A stretch of DNA of 63,988 bases, counting the filler. It is 9 parts of 9 records of this genome, joined end to end, with 100 filler letters (N's around TTAATTAATTAA, not from the genome) between each part and the next. Parts side by side here need not be neighbours in the genome. Positions count along the whole stretch, not along the records: positions 50,141 to 57,747 come from SRR20825010_2226; positions 57,848 to 60,881 come from SRR20825010_2229; positions 60,982 to 63,988 come from SRR20825010_2547; 6 more parts are not named here. One strand, given 5' to 3'. Position 1 is the first letter of the stretch, and every line of letters begins with the position of its first letter. Positions 53,724 to 63,637 of this stretch are shown here, in pieces. The position numbers and the translations under genes are program-made. The notes under the pieces are model-generated. The model was not told where the DNA came from. It worked only from the letters and a program-made list of their open reading frames with translations, and made no database searches.

Positions 53724-54791
53724 ATGAGTCATAACATTAAACCAGGTGTAGCCACAGGAGATGAAGTACAAAAAATCTTTAACTATGCCAAAGAAAAAGG
53801 ATTCGCACTTCCTGCAGTTAACGTAATAGGTAGTAGCACTATCAACGCTGTATTAGAAACAGCAGCAGATTTAAATGCTCCTGTTATTATTCAATTTTCA
53901 AATGGTGGCGCACAGTTTAATGCTGGAAAAGGACTTTCTAACGACGGTCAACAAGCTGCTGTTGCCGGAGCTGTTGCTGGAGCAAAACATGTACATGAAC
54001 TAGCTGTAAAATATGGAGTTCCTGTAATTCTTCATACCGACCATTGTGCTAAAAAATTGTTGCCATGGGTTGATGGAATGCTAGATGCAAGTGAAAAACA
54101 TTTTGCTGAAACTGGAAAACCTCTTTTTAGCTCACATATGATTGACCTTTCTGAAGAAGACATCAAAGACAACATCGAAACATGTTGTGGATATCTTCAA
54201 AGAATGGAGAAAATGGGAATGACATTAGAAATTGAACTAGGTATAACTGGTGGTGAAGAAGATGGTGTTGATAATACAGATGTAGACGATTCTAAATTAT
54301 ATACACAACCAGAAGAAGTAGCATTTGCTTATGAAGAACTTTCAAAAGTATCTTCTAGATTTACTATTGCAGCTGCTTTTGGAAATGTACATGGAGTTTA
54401 CAAACCAGGAAACGTAAAACTTACACCAAAAATCTTAAAAAATTCTCAAGAATACATTTCTAAAGAGTACAACGTACCAGCAAATACCATTGATTTTGTA
54501 TTCCATGGAGGATCTGGATCTACTGTAGAAGAAATTAGAGAAGCAATAGGTTACGGAGTTATTAAAATGAATATTGACACCGACCTTCAATATGCATATT
54601 TAGAAGGAATTAGAGATTACATGGGTGCTAAAGCAGATTATTTAGCAGCTCAAATTGGTAATCCTGATGGTGATGATGCTCCAAATAAAAAGCATTACGA
54701 CCCAAGAGTTTGGATTCGTGAAGGTGAAAAAACTTTCATTACCAGACTTAAAAAAGCTTTTGAAGATTTAAACAACGTTAATACGTTATAA
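53724..54791 (+). CDS. fbaA: Class II fructose-bisphosphate aldolase
   Basis: [40 protein letters not shown]. Confidence 0.96.
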   Translation: MSHNIKPGVATGDEVQKIFNYAKEKGFALPAVNVIGSSTINAVLETAADLNAPVIIQFSNGGAQFNAGKGLSNDGQQAAVAGAVAGAKHVHELAVKYGVPVILHTDHCAKKLLPWVDGMLDASEKHFAETGKPLFSSHMIDLSEEDIKDNIETCCGYLQRMEKMGMTLEIELGITGGEEDGVDNTDVDDSKLYTQPEEVAFAYEELSKVSSRFTIAAAFGNVHGVYKPGNVKLTPKILKNSQEYISKEYNVPANTIDFVFHGGSGSTVEEIREAIGYGVIKMNIDTDLQYAYLEGIRDYMGAKADYLAAQIGNPDGDDAPNKKHYDPRVWIREGEKTFITRLKKAFEDLNNVNTL

Positions 54792-54801
54792 TAAACTGAT
54801 T

Positions 54802-54838
54802 GCCTCCAGCGAATTTTTTTTTCTCTGGAGGCTTTCTT
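54802..54838 (+). terminator. Intrinsic terminator after fbaA
   Basis: GCCTCCAG / CTGGAGGC stem followed by TTTCTT. Confidence 0.7.
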
Positions 54839-54945
54839 ATATATCTCGGCATTTACGAGATACTGATAGGAAAAACTATTTAACTCATTCCGATGTAAAG
54901 TATCGAGAAATCAAACTCGATAAGGGATTAAATTATACTAAGAAT

Positions 54946-55803
54946 ATGGCTTGGTTCAAAAGAAAAGAAAAAGGTATACAAACCACTACCCAAGAAAAAA
55001 AAGATACCCCCAAAGGACTGTGGTATAAATCGCCAACAGGAAAAATTGTAGAAGCAGATGAGCTTGCTAAGAACTTCTACGTTAGTCCAGAAGACGATTA
55101 CCATGTTCGGATTGGTAGTAAAGAGTATTTTTCAATTTTATTTGATGACAATAAGTTTAAAGAATTAGATCCTAATTTAGAATCTAAAGACCCTTTAAGT
55201 TTTGTTGACACCAAAAAATATTCAGATAGATTAAAACAAGCGCAAGAAAAAACAGCATTAAAAGATGCCGTTCGAACTGCGGTTGGAAAATCTAAAGGAA
55301 AAGAATTAGTAATTGCTTGTATGGATTTTGCCTTTATTGGTGGTTCTATGGGAAGTGTAGTAGGAGAAAAAATAGCACGAGCTATAGATTATGCTATCAA
55401 AAAGAAAGTTCCTTTTGTAATGATATCTAAATCTGGTGGTGCCCGTATGATGGAAGCTGCACTTTCGTTAATGCAGTTGGCAAAGACATCGGCTAAATTA
55501 GCGCAACTTTCAGACCTCGGTATTCCATATATTTCGCTTTGTACAGACCCAACTACAGGAGGTACAACAGCATCATACGCAATGCTTGGAGACATTAACA
55601 TTGCAGAACCAGGCGCCTTAATTGGTTTTGCTGGACCACGAGTTGTTAAAGAAGCTACTGGAAAAGATTTACCAGAAAACTTTCAAACTTCAGAATTCTT
55701 ATTAGAACATGGTTTTTTAGATTTTATTACACACCGTAGAGATCTAAAAAGTAAGATCAATCAATATATCGATCTTATTTTAAACCAACCGATGAGAGCG
55801 TAA
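54946..55803 (+). CDS. accD: Acetyl-CoA carboxylase carboxyltransferase beta subunit
   Basis: [39 protein letters not shown]. Confidence 0.96.
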   Translation: MAWFKRKEKGIQTTTQEKKDTPKGLWYKSPTGKIVEADELAKNFYVSPEDDYHVRIGSKEYFSILFDDNKFKELDPNLESKDPLSFVDTKKYSDRLKQAQEKTALKDAVRTAVGKSKGKELVIACMDFAFIGGSMGSVVGEKIARAIDYAIKKKVPFVMISKSGGARMMEAALSLMQLAKTSAKLAQLSDLGIPYISLCTDPTTGGTTASYAMLGDINIAEPGALIGFAGPRVVKEATGKDLPENFQTSEFLLEHGFLDFITHRRDLKSKINQYIDLILNQPMRA

Positions 55804-55821
55804 AAACTTATTTATATCGCA

Positions 55822-55860
55822 TAAAAAATCCGTAACATTTTAAATGCTACGGATTTTTAT
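55822..55860. terminator. Bidirectional terminator between convergent genes
   Basis: AAAAATCCGTA...TACGGATTTTT. Confidence 0.75.
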
Positions 55861-55880
55861 TTTTAGAAATTTCTATACTC

Positions 55881-56744
55881 CTATTTTTTTAATGTAATCT
55901 CTGTTGTATTTCCTTCAGGATCGCTATACATTGCTTTATCATCACAGGTGCCATCTCCAAAATCTACTTCGGCACTTGCTTCATCTTTAGAAAGTACAAG
56001 TACTCCACTCACAATATAGTTACAAGACAGTTCTGCTCTTAGAGGCGTAGTAACTTCACTTGTATAAGTAACTCCATCTTTATTAATAACAGTGGTAGTT
56101 CCTGTAACTAAAAAAGCACTATTACCCCATTCGCCATCATCAAAACCTTCAATCCACTCCCTTGTTTTTTCAGAATTTACTTGCATAGTAGATTCATCTT
56201 CCCAAAGAAGTGTTATTTCTGAGGCCACCATAGTCTTTGGATTTTCATCATCCGCAAAAGTATGTTGATATGTTTTACTACCATTTACAGTAATACTATC
56301 TATAGTAAAACTTTCAAACTTAACTTCAGAATTACGCGTAAAAGAAGTAGAATCTGAAACATTAGATTTTGTCATGGTCAATATTCCCGCAATATTTCTC
56401 CCGTCTGGCATTTCACAACCTTCTCCAAAATCTAGTGTAATCATAAAATTATCACCACTAGCTTCCGTAGAAATAGTGTAACAATCTGGTAGCCATCCTT
56501 TAGAACTTGTAGAAGTTTGTTTGTTAGAAGAACTTCCTAAATCGGAAACTACCATATAATCAACAATATCATCAACTTCATCAGAAACTTGTGTAGCTTC
56601 CATACTTGTTTTAACCTCTTCAACAGTTAGCGCTTCGGTTGGAGAACCATCTATTGATTCATTAGAATCATCATCATTACAAGAAACAATTAAGATAGTA
56701 GTAGGGATCAGCATCATTAATAAATTTCTTGAGATTAGTTTCAT
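55881..56744 (-). CDS. Hypothetical lipoprotein
   Basis: Lipobox IVSC then acidic linker; LDFGEGC and VDFGDGTCD motifs. Confidence 0.75.
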   Translation of the reverse strand: MKLISRNLLMMLIPTTILIVSCNDDDSNESIDGSPTEALTVEEVKTSMEATQVSDEVDDIVDYMVVSDLGSSSNKQTSTSSKGWLPDCYTISTEASGDNFMITLDFGEGCEMPDGRNIAGILTMTKSNVSDSTSFTRNSEVKFESFTIDSITVNGSKTYQHTFADDENPKTMVASEITLLWEDESTMQVNSEKTREWIEGFDDGEWGNSAFLVTGTTTVINKDGVTYTSEVTTPLRAELSCNYIVSGVLVLSKDEASAEVDFGDGTCDDKAMYSDPEGNTTEITLKK

Positions 56745-56833
56745 AATTTAATATGTTTATAATTAATAAATTAGCTATATTTTAGCCGTTAAATAATCTA
56801 CCATAAAAAACGTTAGATAATCAAATTTATTGT

Positions 56834-56841
56834 TATCTTTG
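56834..56841 (+). promoter_or_regulatory. Bacteroidota -7 promoter element of rpsO
   Basis: TATCTTTG matches TAnnTTTG; matches also precede the Omp85 gene (51086-51093) and fbaA (53667-53674). Confidence 0.65.
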
Positions 56842-56896
56842 CGCCCACTGATAGAAAATCTATCAAATACATAAGAATCATTTAAATAATATTGGC

Positions 56897-57166
56897 ATGT
56901 ATTTAGCTAAAGAAGTAAAAGCAGACATATTTAAACAATATGGTGGTGATGCTAAAAACACCGGATCTGCAGAAGGACAAATTGCTTTGTTCACACACAG
57001 AATTAATCATTTAACTGGACACTTAAAAAACAATCGTAAAGATTTCAATACAGAGCGTTCATTAGTTATGCTAGTAGGTAAAAGAAGAAGCTTACTAGAT
57101 TATTTGAAGAAGAAAGATATTACAAGATATCGTGCTATCATCAAAGAATTAGGATTAAGAAAGTAA
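56897..57166 (+). CDS. rpsO: 30S ribosomal protein S15
   Basis: 89 aa; TGSAEGQIALFT...LVGKRRSLLDYL...LGLRK; upstream of pnp. Confidence 0.97.
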   Translation: MYLAKEVKADIFKQYGGDAKNTGSAEGQIALFTHRINHLTGHLKNNRKDFNTERSLVMLVGKRRSLLDYLKKKDITRYRAIIKELGLRK

Positions 57167-57171
57167 GATAT

Positions 57172-57198
57172 AAGGGAGCAAATTTGCTCCCTTTTTTT
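57172..57198 (+). terminator. Intrinsic terminator after rpsO
   Basis: AAGGGAGCA-AATT-TGCTCCCTT followed by a T-run. Confidence 0.8.
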
Positions 57199-57486
57199 AT
57201 TTAAACGAATAAAAAAAAGACGAGGTAACTAGCGTAAATTATCTGAATTATAATTTCTTACAGATAATCGAACTATAATTATTACCTTTAGCATTTATAA
57301 GCAAATAGTATCTAAATAGATTCTATTTGGGTGAAAACCAAAAACAATCCCCTTTTAAGGGATAAAAAAGCTTAAAATTAATAGTTTTTCATTGGGTAAC
57401 AACAACTACAACAACACAACTACTTCCGCAATAACTGTGGAAACCCTATGTTTAACTCCTACATATGTAGGTAAATTAAAAATTAT

Positions 57487-57747
57487 ATGATTCCTGAAGT
57501 AAAAAGAGAAATTATTGATTTAGGAGATGGTAGAACTATCTCTCTAGAAACGGGAAAATTAGCAAAACAAGCACACGGAAGTGTTGTAGTACAATCTGGA
57601 AAATGTATGTTATTATGTACAGTTGTTTCCAATTACAAACAATCGGATGTAGACTTTTTACCATTAACAGTAGATTACAGAGAAAAATTTGCTGCTGCTG
57701 GTCGTTATCCTGGTGGATTCTTCAAAAGAGAAGCAAGACCAAGTGAC
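57487..57747 (+). CDS. pnp: Polyribonucleotide nucleotidyltransferase (3'-truncated)
   Basis: [36 protein letters not shown]. Confidence 0.96.
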
Positions 57748-57847
57748 NNNNNNNNNNNNNNNNNNNNNNNNNNNNNNNNNNNNNNNNNNNNTTAATTAAT
57801 TAANNNNNNNNNNNNNNNNNNNNNNNNNNNNNNNNNNNNNNNNNNNN
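57748..57847. other. Artificial contig linker
   Basis: N44-TTAATTAATTAA-N44. Confidence 0.99.
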
Positions 57848-58263
57848 TTGGATTTTATACAGGAAGATACCAATACAATATGTAACTTTCCTTATTTTAC
57901 AGGAGTTAACAGGGTATAAGGTACAAATGAGAAACAAAAAATTAATACTGTTTTTTTAAGCCGGTAATATCTTTTTCATTTTTTGGCTAAAATTTATACT
58001 CAAGTTGAAATTTATAAAATCGCCTTCAAAATCATTTAATCTGTTTTCCTTTTTCCGTTAACCTATATTTTTGTTTACTACTTTTTGGCTAGTCCGGGAT
58101 TGTCATTTTCAAAGGTTATCAATAGTTCTATTTGGTTGTTGAACTGCTTTTAGTTCAAAACGTAAGGTTTTATCCTGACAAACTTCCGTTAAAAGGAAGA
58201 TTATAACCTGACAAAAATATCTTAATATTAAGATTATAGGCTTACAAATTTTTATGATGGACT

Positions 58264-58496
58264 TTATCTTTTTAAAACTTCCCAATACCTTCTAGTACTT
58301 CCAATTTTTTGATGATGCCTTTTTCCTTTAGAGTGTTGAAATGTGCTTGTACAGCAGAATTGTTTATTTCTAATCGTTGGGCGACGTCCAGGTAAGCTAT
58401 TTTGTTGTTTTCCTTTATTAATTCTAAGATTTCTACCTGTCTTTCGGTTAAACTTTCCATTGCGCCTCCTATTGCATTACATATTGCACCACTTAC
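58264..58496 (-). pseudogene. Remnant C-terminal winged-HTH domain, frameshifted
   Basis: SGAI-CNAI-GGAM linker then LTERQVEILELI; adding one A in the A6 run (58305-58310) gives KKIGSTRRYWEVLKR*. Confidence 0.6.
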
Positions 58497-58519
58497 TTAT
58501 CTTCATTAAATAGGATAAT

Positions 58520-59503
58520 TTAAATTTTAATATCCCATGGTATTGAACTCAATCTTTCCTTAATTTTCATCAATGCTTCTTCAACTTCACTTTCATTAGG
58601 AAACCTGCCATTGGTATAAACCAACTTTCTAAAATTGCCACTATAAATATTTTTTAATTGACTCCACACATTTTTCAAATTGGAAAAAATCAAGGCTTCA
58701 TTTGGATGGTAGACCAACCAGGCATTATTATTTTTAAAGCTTTCTACGTCGTCGTTAGCGACTTTAAGCAACATAGATTCAAAAGCTCTTGAATAAAAGA
58801 ATTTTGAAAGCCCTTCATTTTGAAGCATTAGGCATAAATCATAAGTATGGCGTATTTTCTTTTTTAAGTCCTCTATTGCATTTTCTTCATAGGAAAACCG
58901 AACCAAACTCATTATTTTCTCACATAAGGTTCTTTTGGGATCGAGTACTTTTACCTCAAAAGGTTCCAATCCATATTCCGAAATCATTTGTAACTGGCCA
59001 GTATTTTTCATCATATCATAAACATAGGAGTTTACCATTTTCTCGGTATAGGGTTCAAAATATCCCAACCAGGTAGCTTCTACAATTATCACATCTCGAA
59101 CCTGACCGTAATCCCCTTTAAACTCTTTGTTATAGGAGTGAGCTGTTTTTCGGTTCATGCCCATTTTTTGAGTAACATTTTCTAACTCTACCTCATTCAG
59201 TACAGAAGATACTACCTTACTGATTTTCTTAATTTTATTAGTGAGTTTATTACCAGAATCTCCTTCATTCCTTAGAACAACTAGATCAATATCTTCACTA
59301 AACCGGTCAATTAAACCAAAACATTTGGACAATGCTGTTCCACCTTTAAAAACAGCTTCTTTTCCAATTTCATGGGTGAAAATAGTATATAAAGCATAAG
59401 TAATCCAGTAATCTTTTTCTATATAAACGTCTCGGATGTCCATTTCCTGGGCTGTAAACCTGACAGCCTGTGTAAAGAGCTTTTTATTTTCGTGTAGTTT
59501 CAT
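58520..59503 (-). CDS. AbiEii/AbiGii-family nucleotidyltransferase toxin (type IV TA)
   Basis: IEKDYW, VFKGGTALSK, RFSEDIDL, RTLCEK, RHTYD. Confidence 0.9.
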   Translation of the reverse strand: MKLHENKKLFTQAVRFTAQEMDIRDVYIEKDYWITYALYTIFTHEIGKEAVFKGGTALSKCFGLIDRFSEDIDLVVLRNEGDSGNKLTNKIKKISKVVSSVLNEVELENVTQKMGMNRKTAHSYNKEFKGDYGQVRDVIIVEATWLGYFEPYTEKMVNSYVYDMMKNTGQLQMISEYGLEPFEVKVLDPKRTLCEKIMSLVRFSYEENAIEDLKKKIRHTYDLCLMLQNEGLSKFFYSRAFESMLLKVANDDVESFKNNNAWLVYHPNEALIFSNLKNVWSQLKNIYSGNFRKLVYTNGRFPNESEVEEALMKIKERLSSIPWDIKI

Positions 59504-60225
59504 TTAATATTCCAGTTTTCGGTGTTCGATAATACTGTATTTATTCCCGGAAACTTATATGATGTAATTGAATTTAACGTCTTTTGCAGTATTTCTGTTA
59601 TTTCAACTTGTCCAAGTTCATCTAGTATAGCCCCAAGAAGCGCCCGGGTAGATGGAGGGTATTTTTTAGATAAACGAACCATTGTATATAAATCTTCCTT
59701 GGGCAAATCTTTTATTATGGCAAATAACCTTCTACATGCAGACACCATTGTAGTATCAGGAATTTTTTTGATGTATCGAATGGCATCCAATAACTGTAAT
59801 AAAGGAATGTTTTCTTTAGTAATCGTATTTTTTTGCTTAATAAAAGCAATAGTATAGCGCCCACGGCTAAAGGTTGGACGGATTTCATTTTTCCCTATTT
59901 GAATAGTATTACTTACCTGAGTCGTCAACCCCAATTTATTGTAAATACTTAATCCTGTGAGATACCCTATTATCTTTCCATCATCTTCCAAGATGTCTTT
60001 TACAATTTGATATTGCTCCGGAACCAATTCACCAAATACGGTTTTTTCCGGTTTGTAATATTTTCCTTTTGAGAGTTTTGTAATACGCCCTGAAGCTGCC
60101 ATACGATTAAGGGCCTTAATCACGGCTTCCTTTTTATTCACCTCGACTGAAAAATCTTCATAGGTGAATACATAGCCTTTTGGGAATCTATTTATAATAT
60201 CTACTATATAATCAGTAACTTTCAA
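59500..60225 (-). CDS. AbiEi-like antitoxin (DUF6088-like, N-terminal wHTH)
   Basis: VFTYEDF...KALNRM...KLSKGKYYKP, GYLTG...NKLGLTTQV; ATGA overlap with the toxin gene. Confidence 0.82.
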   Translation of the reverse strand: MKVTDYIVDIINRFPKGYVFTYEDFSVEVNKKEAVIKALNRMAASGRITKLSKGKYYKPEKTVFGELVPEQYQIVKDILEDDGKIIGYLTGLSIYNKLGLTTQVSNTIQIGKNEIRPTFSRGRYTIAFIKQKNTITKENIPLLQLLDAIRYIKKIPDTTMVSACRRLFAIIKDLPKEDLYTMVRLSKKYPPSTRALLGAILDELGQVEITEILQKTLNSITSYKFPGINTVLSNTENWNIK

Positions 60226-60254
60226 TGGATTTAACTTTTTGTAAATATAAAAAA

Positions 60255-60284
60255 TGTCCAGTTAATTTTATAAAAAACTGGACA
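60255..60284. promoter_or_regulatory. Inverted repeat upstream of the antitoxin, candidate autoregulatory operator
   Basis: TGTCCAGTT-N12-AACTGGACA, about 30 bp upstream of the start codon. Confidence 0.65.
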
Positions 60285-60313
60285 AATTATTTTTTATTGC
60301 CTAAAATGTAGGT

Positions 60314-60801
60314 TTATTCCCTTATAGTATTCCAAGTCCCTTCTTTATAAGACCCTTGTCGTTCTATTAATTGTGATTCTTTCAATTTAGCAATATATGT
60401 TTCTATGGTTCTTGAAGAAACCCCAAGTATTTTACTTGCTCTTTCTGCTGTTATGGTGCTATCAGCTTCCATAAGCATTAATAATTTCACTGTGTTAAAG
60501 CTGCTACCCTTTAAAAGCTTCTCCGAAGTTTTTGGAAAATCTGAAGTTAATGCATTTATATATTTTTCAGCATCCGTATTTAAAATACTTAATATCAACC
60601 CCTTATAAACGGTGTCGCTTTTAAGTGCTTCCTGAAGCTTCTCCGAAGTTTCCCCGAAGTTTTGGCTCCAGCTTCCTCTTTTTGGGTATAAAATTTTAAA
60701 ATGGTAGCATCAAAACTAATATCATACTCGGGTGCTGTATGGTTGTATTGTTCCCAGTTGGTTTCGATCTTGTCGAAGCCATAGCCGGCATTTTCGGCCA
60801 A
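60314..60801 (-). pseudogene. 3' part of an HATPase/wHTH transcriptional-regulator-like gene, split by a 1-nt frameshift
   Basis: LAENAGYGFDKI (60595-60801) joins the wHTH ORF (60314-60598) if one A is restored near 60650, giving KTSGKTSEKLQEAL... Confidence 0.6.
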
Positions 60802-60881
60802 GTGTAGACTCCCCCCAATTAGAACTGCTAGATTGTCAAAGATACTTGTTTTTAACAGTTCTGTCGATATCGACAGAACTG

Positions 60882-60981
60882 NNNNNNNNNNNNNNNNNNN
60901 NNNNNNNNNNNNNNNNNNNNNNNNNTTAATTAATTAANNNNNNNNNNNNNNNNNNNNNNNNNNNNNNNNNNNNNNNNNNNN
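60882..60981. other. Artificial contig linker
   Basis: N44-TTAATTAATTAA-N44. Confidence 0.99.
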
Positions 60982-61390
60982 TGACAATTACGAAGCGCGC
61001 CTTGGATTTTTGAACCCGATAGGCAATATCCTTTGCGGTCAGCAAGTTCGTTCCCGGCATCGAGATGGCTCCGACCTTCATGCAGGCAAACAGGACCGTA
61101 TACCACTCGGGTATCCGGCCAATCACCAGACAGCCGAAATCCCCTTTTGTAATGCCAAGGGATAAAAAGGCATTGGCGAGACGTGCCGACTGCTCTGCAT
61201 AGTCCGAATAGGTAATCTCCCGGACCGTTTCTCCATCCCGGGACACGGCAATGACGGCAACGCCATCCTTACCCTCTCCCCGCTTGTCGATTATGTCATA
61301 AGCAAAATTAAAATCATCTGGAATATCAATGCGATAATCCTTTACCGCAGATATATAATCGCGGTTGAACTGGCCCAAATCCATCGTCAT
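60982..61390 (-). CDS. Acyl-CoA synthetase (AMP-binding, medium-chain type), N-terminus (truncated)
   Basis: IPDDFNFAYDIID, RIPEW...KVGAISMPGT..LTAKDIAYR. Confidence 0.82.
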
Positions 61391-61458
61391 CTCCCATACT
61401 GACGTAGCCTTAGTTTTTATATTACTCGGCGCAGCTTAGCTTATTGTGCCGGCCCGTC

Positions 61459-62283
61459 TCAATTTCTTTTAAACCGGGCAAGCGCCGGATCGCGAATATC
61501 GCGCTTTCCCGCTGCCATTTTACCCATTTCCTCCAGCCCCCGTTCATCGACCATCAGGTCGCAAAAAAGCGTTCTCTCCCTTGCAAAACCATCTTCGACC
61601 GGCCGTTCATCTATCCCTTGGATCAAATCCTTTATATGGCTGATCGCGCGGGGAGAGCGAGACGCCAAAAGCGAGGCAACCTCCAGCGCTTCTTCAAGAA
61701 CGTCCCCCTCCACGCAGAAGCTGGCAAGGCCGAGTTCCAATGCTTCCCGCGGGCTCACAGTCCGCCCGAGCAGCATCAGCTCCAATGCTTTCGCCTTGCC
61801 GACAAGCCGCGTCAGCCTTTGGGTGCCGCCTGCACCTGGCAAAATGCCAAGATTAACCTCCGGCAATCCCAGGTCATAGGGGCCGTCCTTCACAATCCGG
61901 ATATCACAGGCGAGCGCGAGCTCGAACCCGCCGCCCATCGCCGAGCCATTGATGGCCGCAATAAAAGGCTTGCCCATGGCCTCAATGCGCCGATAGCATT
62001 TATGGATCAGGGATTCCGGCACTGGACGGGCGGGATCGAAGGTAAGGCCACGCGCCGCCATTGCCTTACTTCGCTCATACAGCACCCCGACATCATAGTG
62101 GCGGATAAAGACATCTTCGTCTGCGCCGGTAAGAACAACTACCCGTATCTCGGGATCGCCCTCCACCTCCGTCAGCGCCACCTCAAGCTCGCCTTCCGTC
62201 TCCCCATCCATATAGCCCTGAGGTGGATTGCTGAAACGGATGATACCGATGTTACCCTGCCGATCGAGTGTGAGTTGAGCCAT
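61459..62283 (-). CDS. Enoyl-CoA hydratase/isomerase family protein
   Basis: IAAINGSAMGGGFELALACD, GLPEVNLGILPGAGGTQRL. Confidence 0.92.
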   Translation of the reverse strand: MAQLTLDRQGNIGIIRFSNPPQGYMDGETEGELEVALTEVEGDPEIRVVVLTGADEDVFIRHYDVGVLYERSKAMAARGLTFDPARPVPESLIHKCYRRIEAMGKPFIAAINGSAMGGGFELALACDIRIVKDGPYDLGLPEVNLGILPGAGGTQRLTRLVGKAKALELMLLGRTVSPREALELGLASFCVEGDVLEEALEVASLLASRSPRAISHIKDLIQGIDERPVEDGFARERTLFCDLMVDERGLEEMGKMAAGKRDIRDPALARFKRN

Positions 62284-62494
62284 TCCCTGTTCCTCCGGTC
62301 TTTTTTTGCGTTGCTTGTTATTTGGTGATCTTCGCCGCCCTGCTCTTTTGCCATCAGTATAGGCTAATCTCTCTCAGCAAAACGATCAAAATAACCTGCC
62401 CTTATCTCTTCACGTGACAAAGCAAAGGCCCTCCGCTACAAAATCGCACCTATATGGACAAATTCTCACCATTATCTACGGATAAAGCCTGCGG

Positions 62495-63505
62495 ATGAAA
62501 TCGCTTCGAACCGCCATAGCCGCCCTTGCCTTGCTGTCCTCCTCAGCCACACAGGCGTTTGCCAATGAGGCGGCGGAGGCAGAGACAGAGGATTCCGGCA
62601 CCTTTACCCTCGTCCTTGAGAATGATTTGTTCTTCGGGCTCGACAGGGACTACACAAACGGTATTCAGCTTGCCTGGATGTCAGAGCCGGATTATGCCCC
62701 GCAATGGGCGCTGAAGGCGGCGCGGCTTCTCCCCTTCTTCCCGGAGAATGGCAAAGTCCGGTCGAGCTACGCCATCGGCCAGAATATGTACACACCGAAT
62801 GATATCTCGGACAAGAACCCGCCCCTGAATGAACGGCCCTATGCGGGCTGGCTGTATGGCGCGGTCGGCATAGTTGTCGAGACAGGAGAGACGCAGCTTG
62901 ATCAACTGCAACTGCAGCTCGGTATCGTTGGTCCTGCGTCCCTCGCCGAGCAAACTCAGGAATATGTTCATGAGGTTGTTCACTCCCCGGATCCGCAAGG
63001 CTGGAATTACCAGCTTAAAAATGAGCCGGGGTTGGTCCTGACTTATCAACGGAGTTGGCGGGCGCTTGTCTCGACGGAAATCAACGGATTTTCAATTGAC
63101 GCCACGCCGCATATCGGCGGAGCGCTTGGTAATATCTACACTTACGCCAATGCCGGCGCGACACTGCGCTTTGGTTGGAACCTACCCAACGATTATGGCC
63201 CGCCGCGTATCCAGCCCGGCCTTCCCGGCTCCGGCTTTTTTGAGCAGCAGGATGATATCGGCCTCTATTTCTTTGCCGGACTGGATGCGCGGGCGGTGGC
63301 ACGAAATATCTTTCTGGATGGTAACACCTGGGCCGACAGCCGCAGCGTGGATAAGGAACCGCTTGTCGCGGACGCACAGCTCGGTGTTGCCCTGACAATC
63401 AAGTCGGCACGGCTCGCTTTCACCCATGTCTTCCGGTCGCGCGAATATAAAGGCCAGACCAACGGAGACGAATTTGGTGCGATCAGCCTGTCCCTCCCAT
63501 TCTGA
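62495..63505 (+). CDS. Lipid A deacylase LpxR family (DUF2219) outer-membrane protein
   Basis: ENDLF...DRDYTNG, GQNMYTP, RPYAGWLY, NIFLDGN, terminal Phe. Confidence 0.85.
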   Translation: MKSLRTAIAALALLSSSATQAFANEAAEAETEDSGTFTLVLENDLFFGLDRDYTNGIQLAWMSEPDYAPQWALKAARLLPFFPENGKVRSSYAIGQNMYTPNDISDKNPPLNERPYAGWLYGAVGIVVETGETQLDQLQLQLGIVGPASLAEQTQEYVHEVVHSPDPQGWNYQLKNEPGLVLTYQRSWRALVSTEINGFSIDATPHIGGALGNIYTYANAGATLRFGWNLPNDYGPPRIQPGLPGSGFFEQQDDIGLYFFAGLDARAVARNIFLDGNTWADSRSVDKEPLVADAQLGVALTIKSARLAFTHVFRSREYKGQTNGDEFGAISLSLPF

Positions 63506-63637
63506 TCGGAACGACCTCCAAAAAAAGGCTGCTCTTTTTCCGGCCCTTTCCTATCTTGTCAATAAACGATAGAAGTAAATCCAACAGGGCGACGCGATGG
63601 TCGCCGCAAGCTCATAGCAAAAGAAGGAATAGATGCG

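Noticed and set aside
58139..58215. TTGAACT...AGTTCAA palindrome and two CCTGACAAA copies
   Set aside because: AT-rich context and the associated gene lies beyond the contig end; cannot support a function
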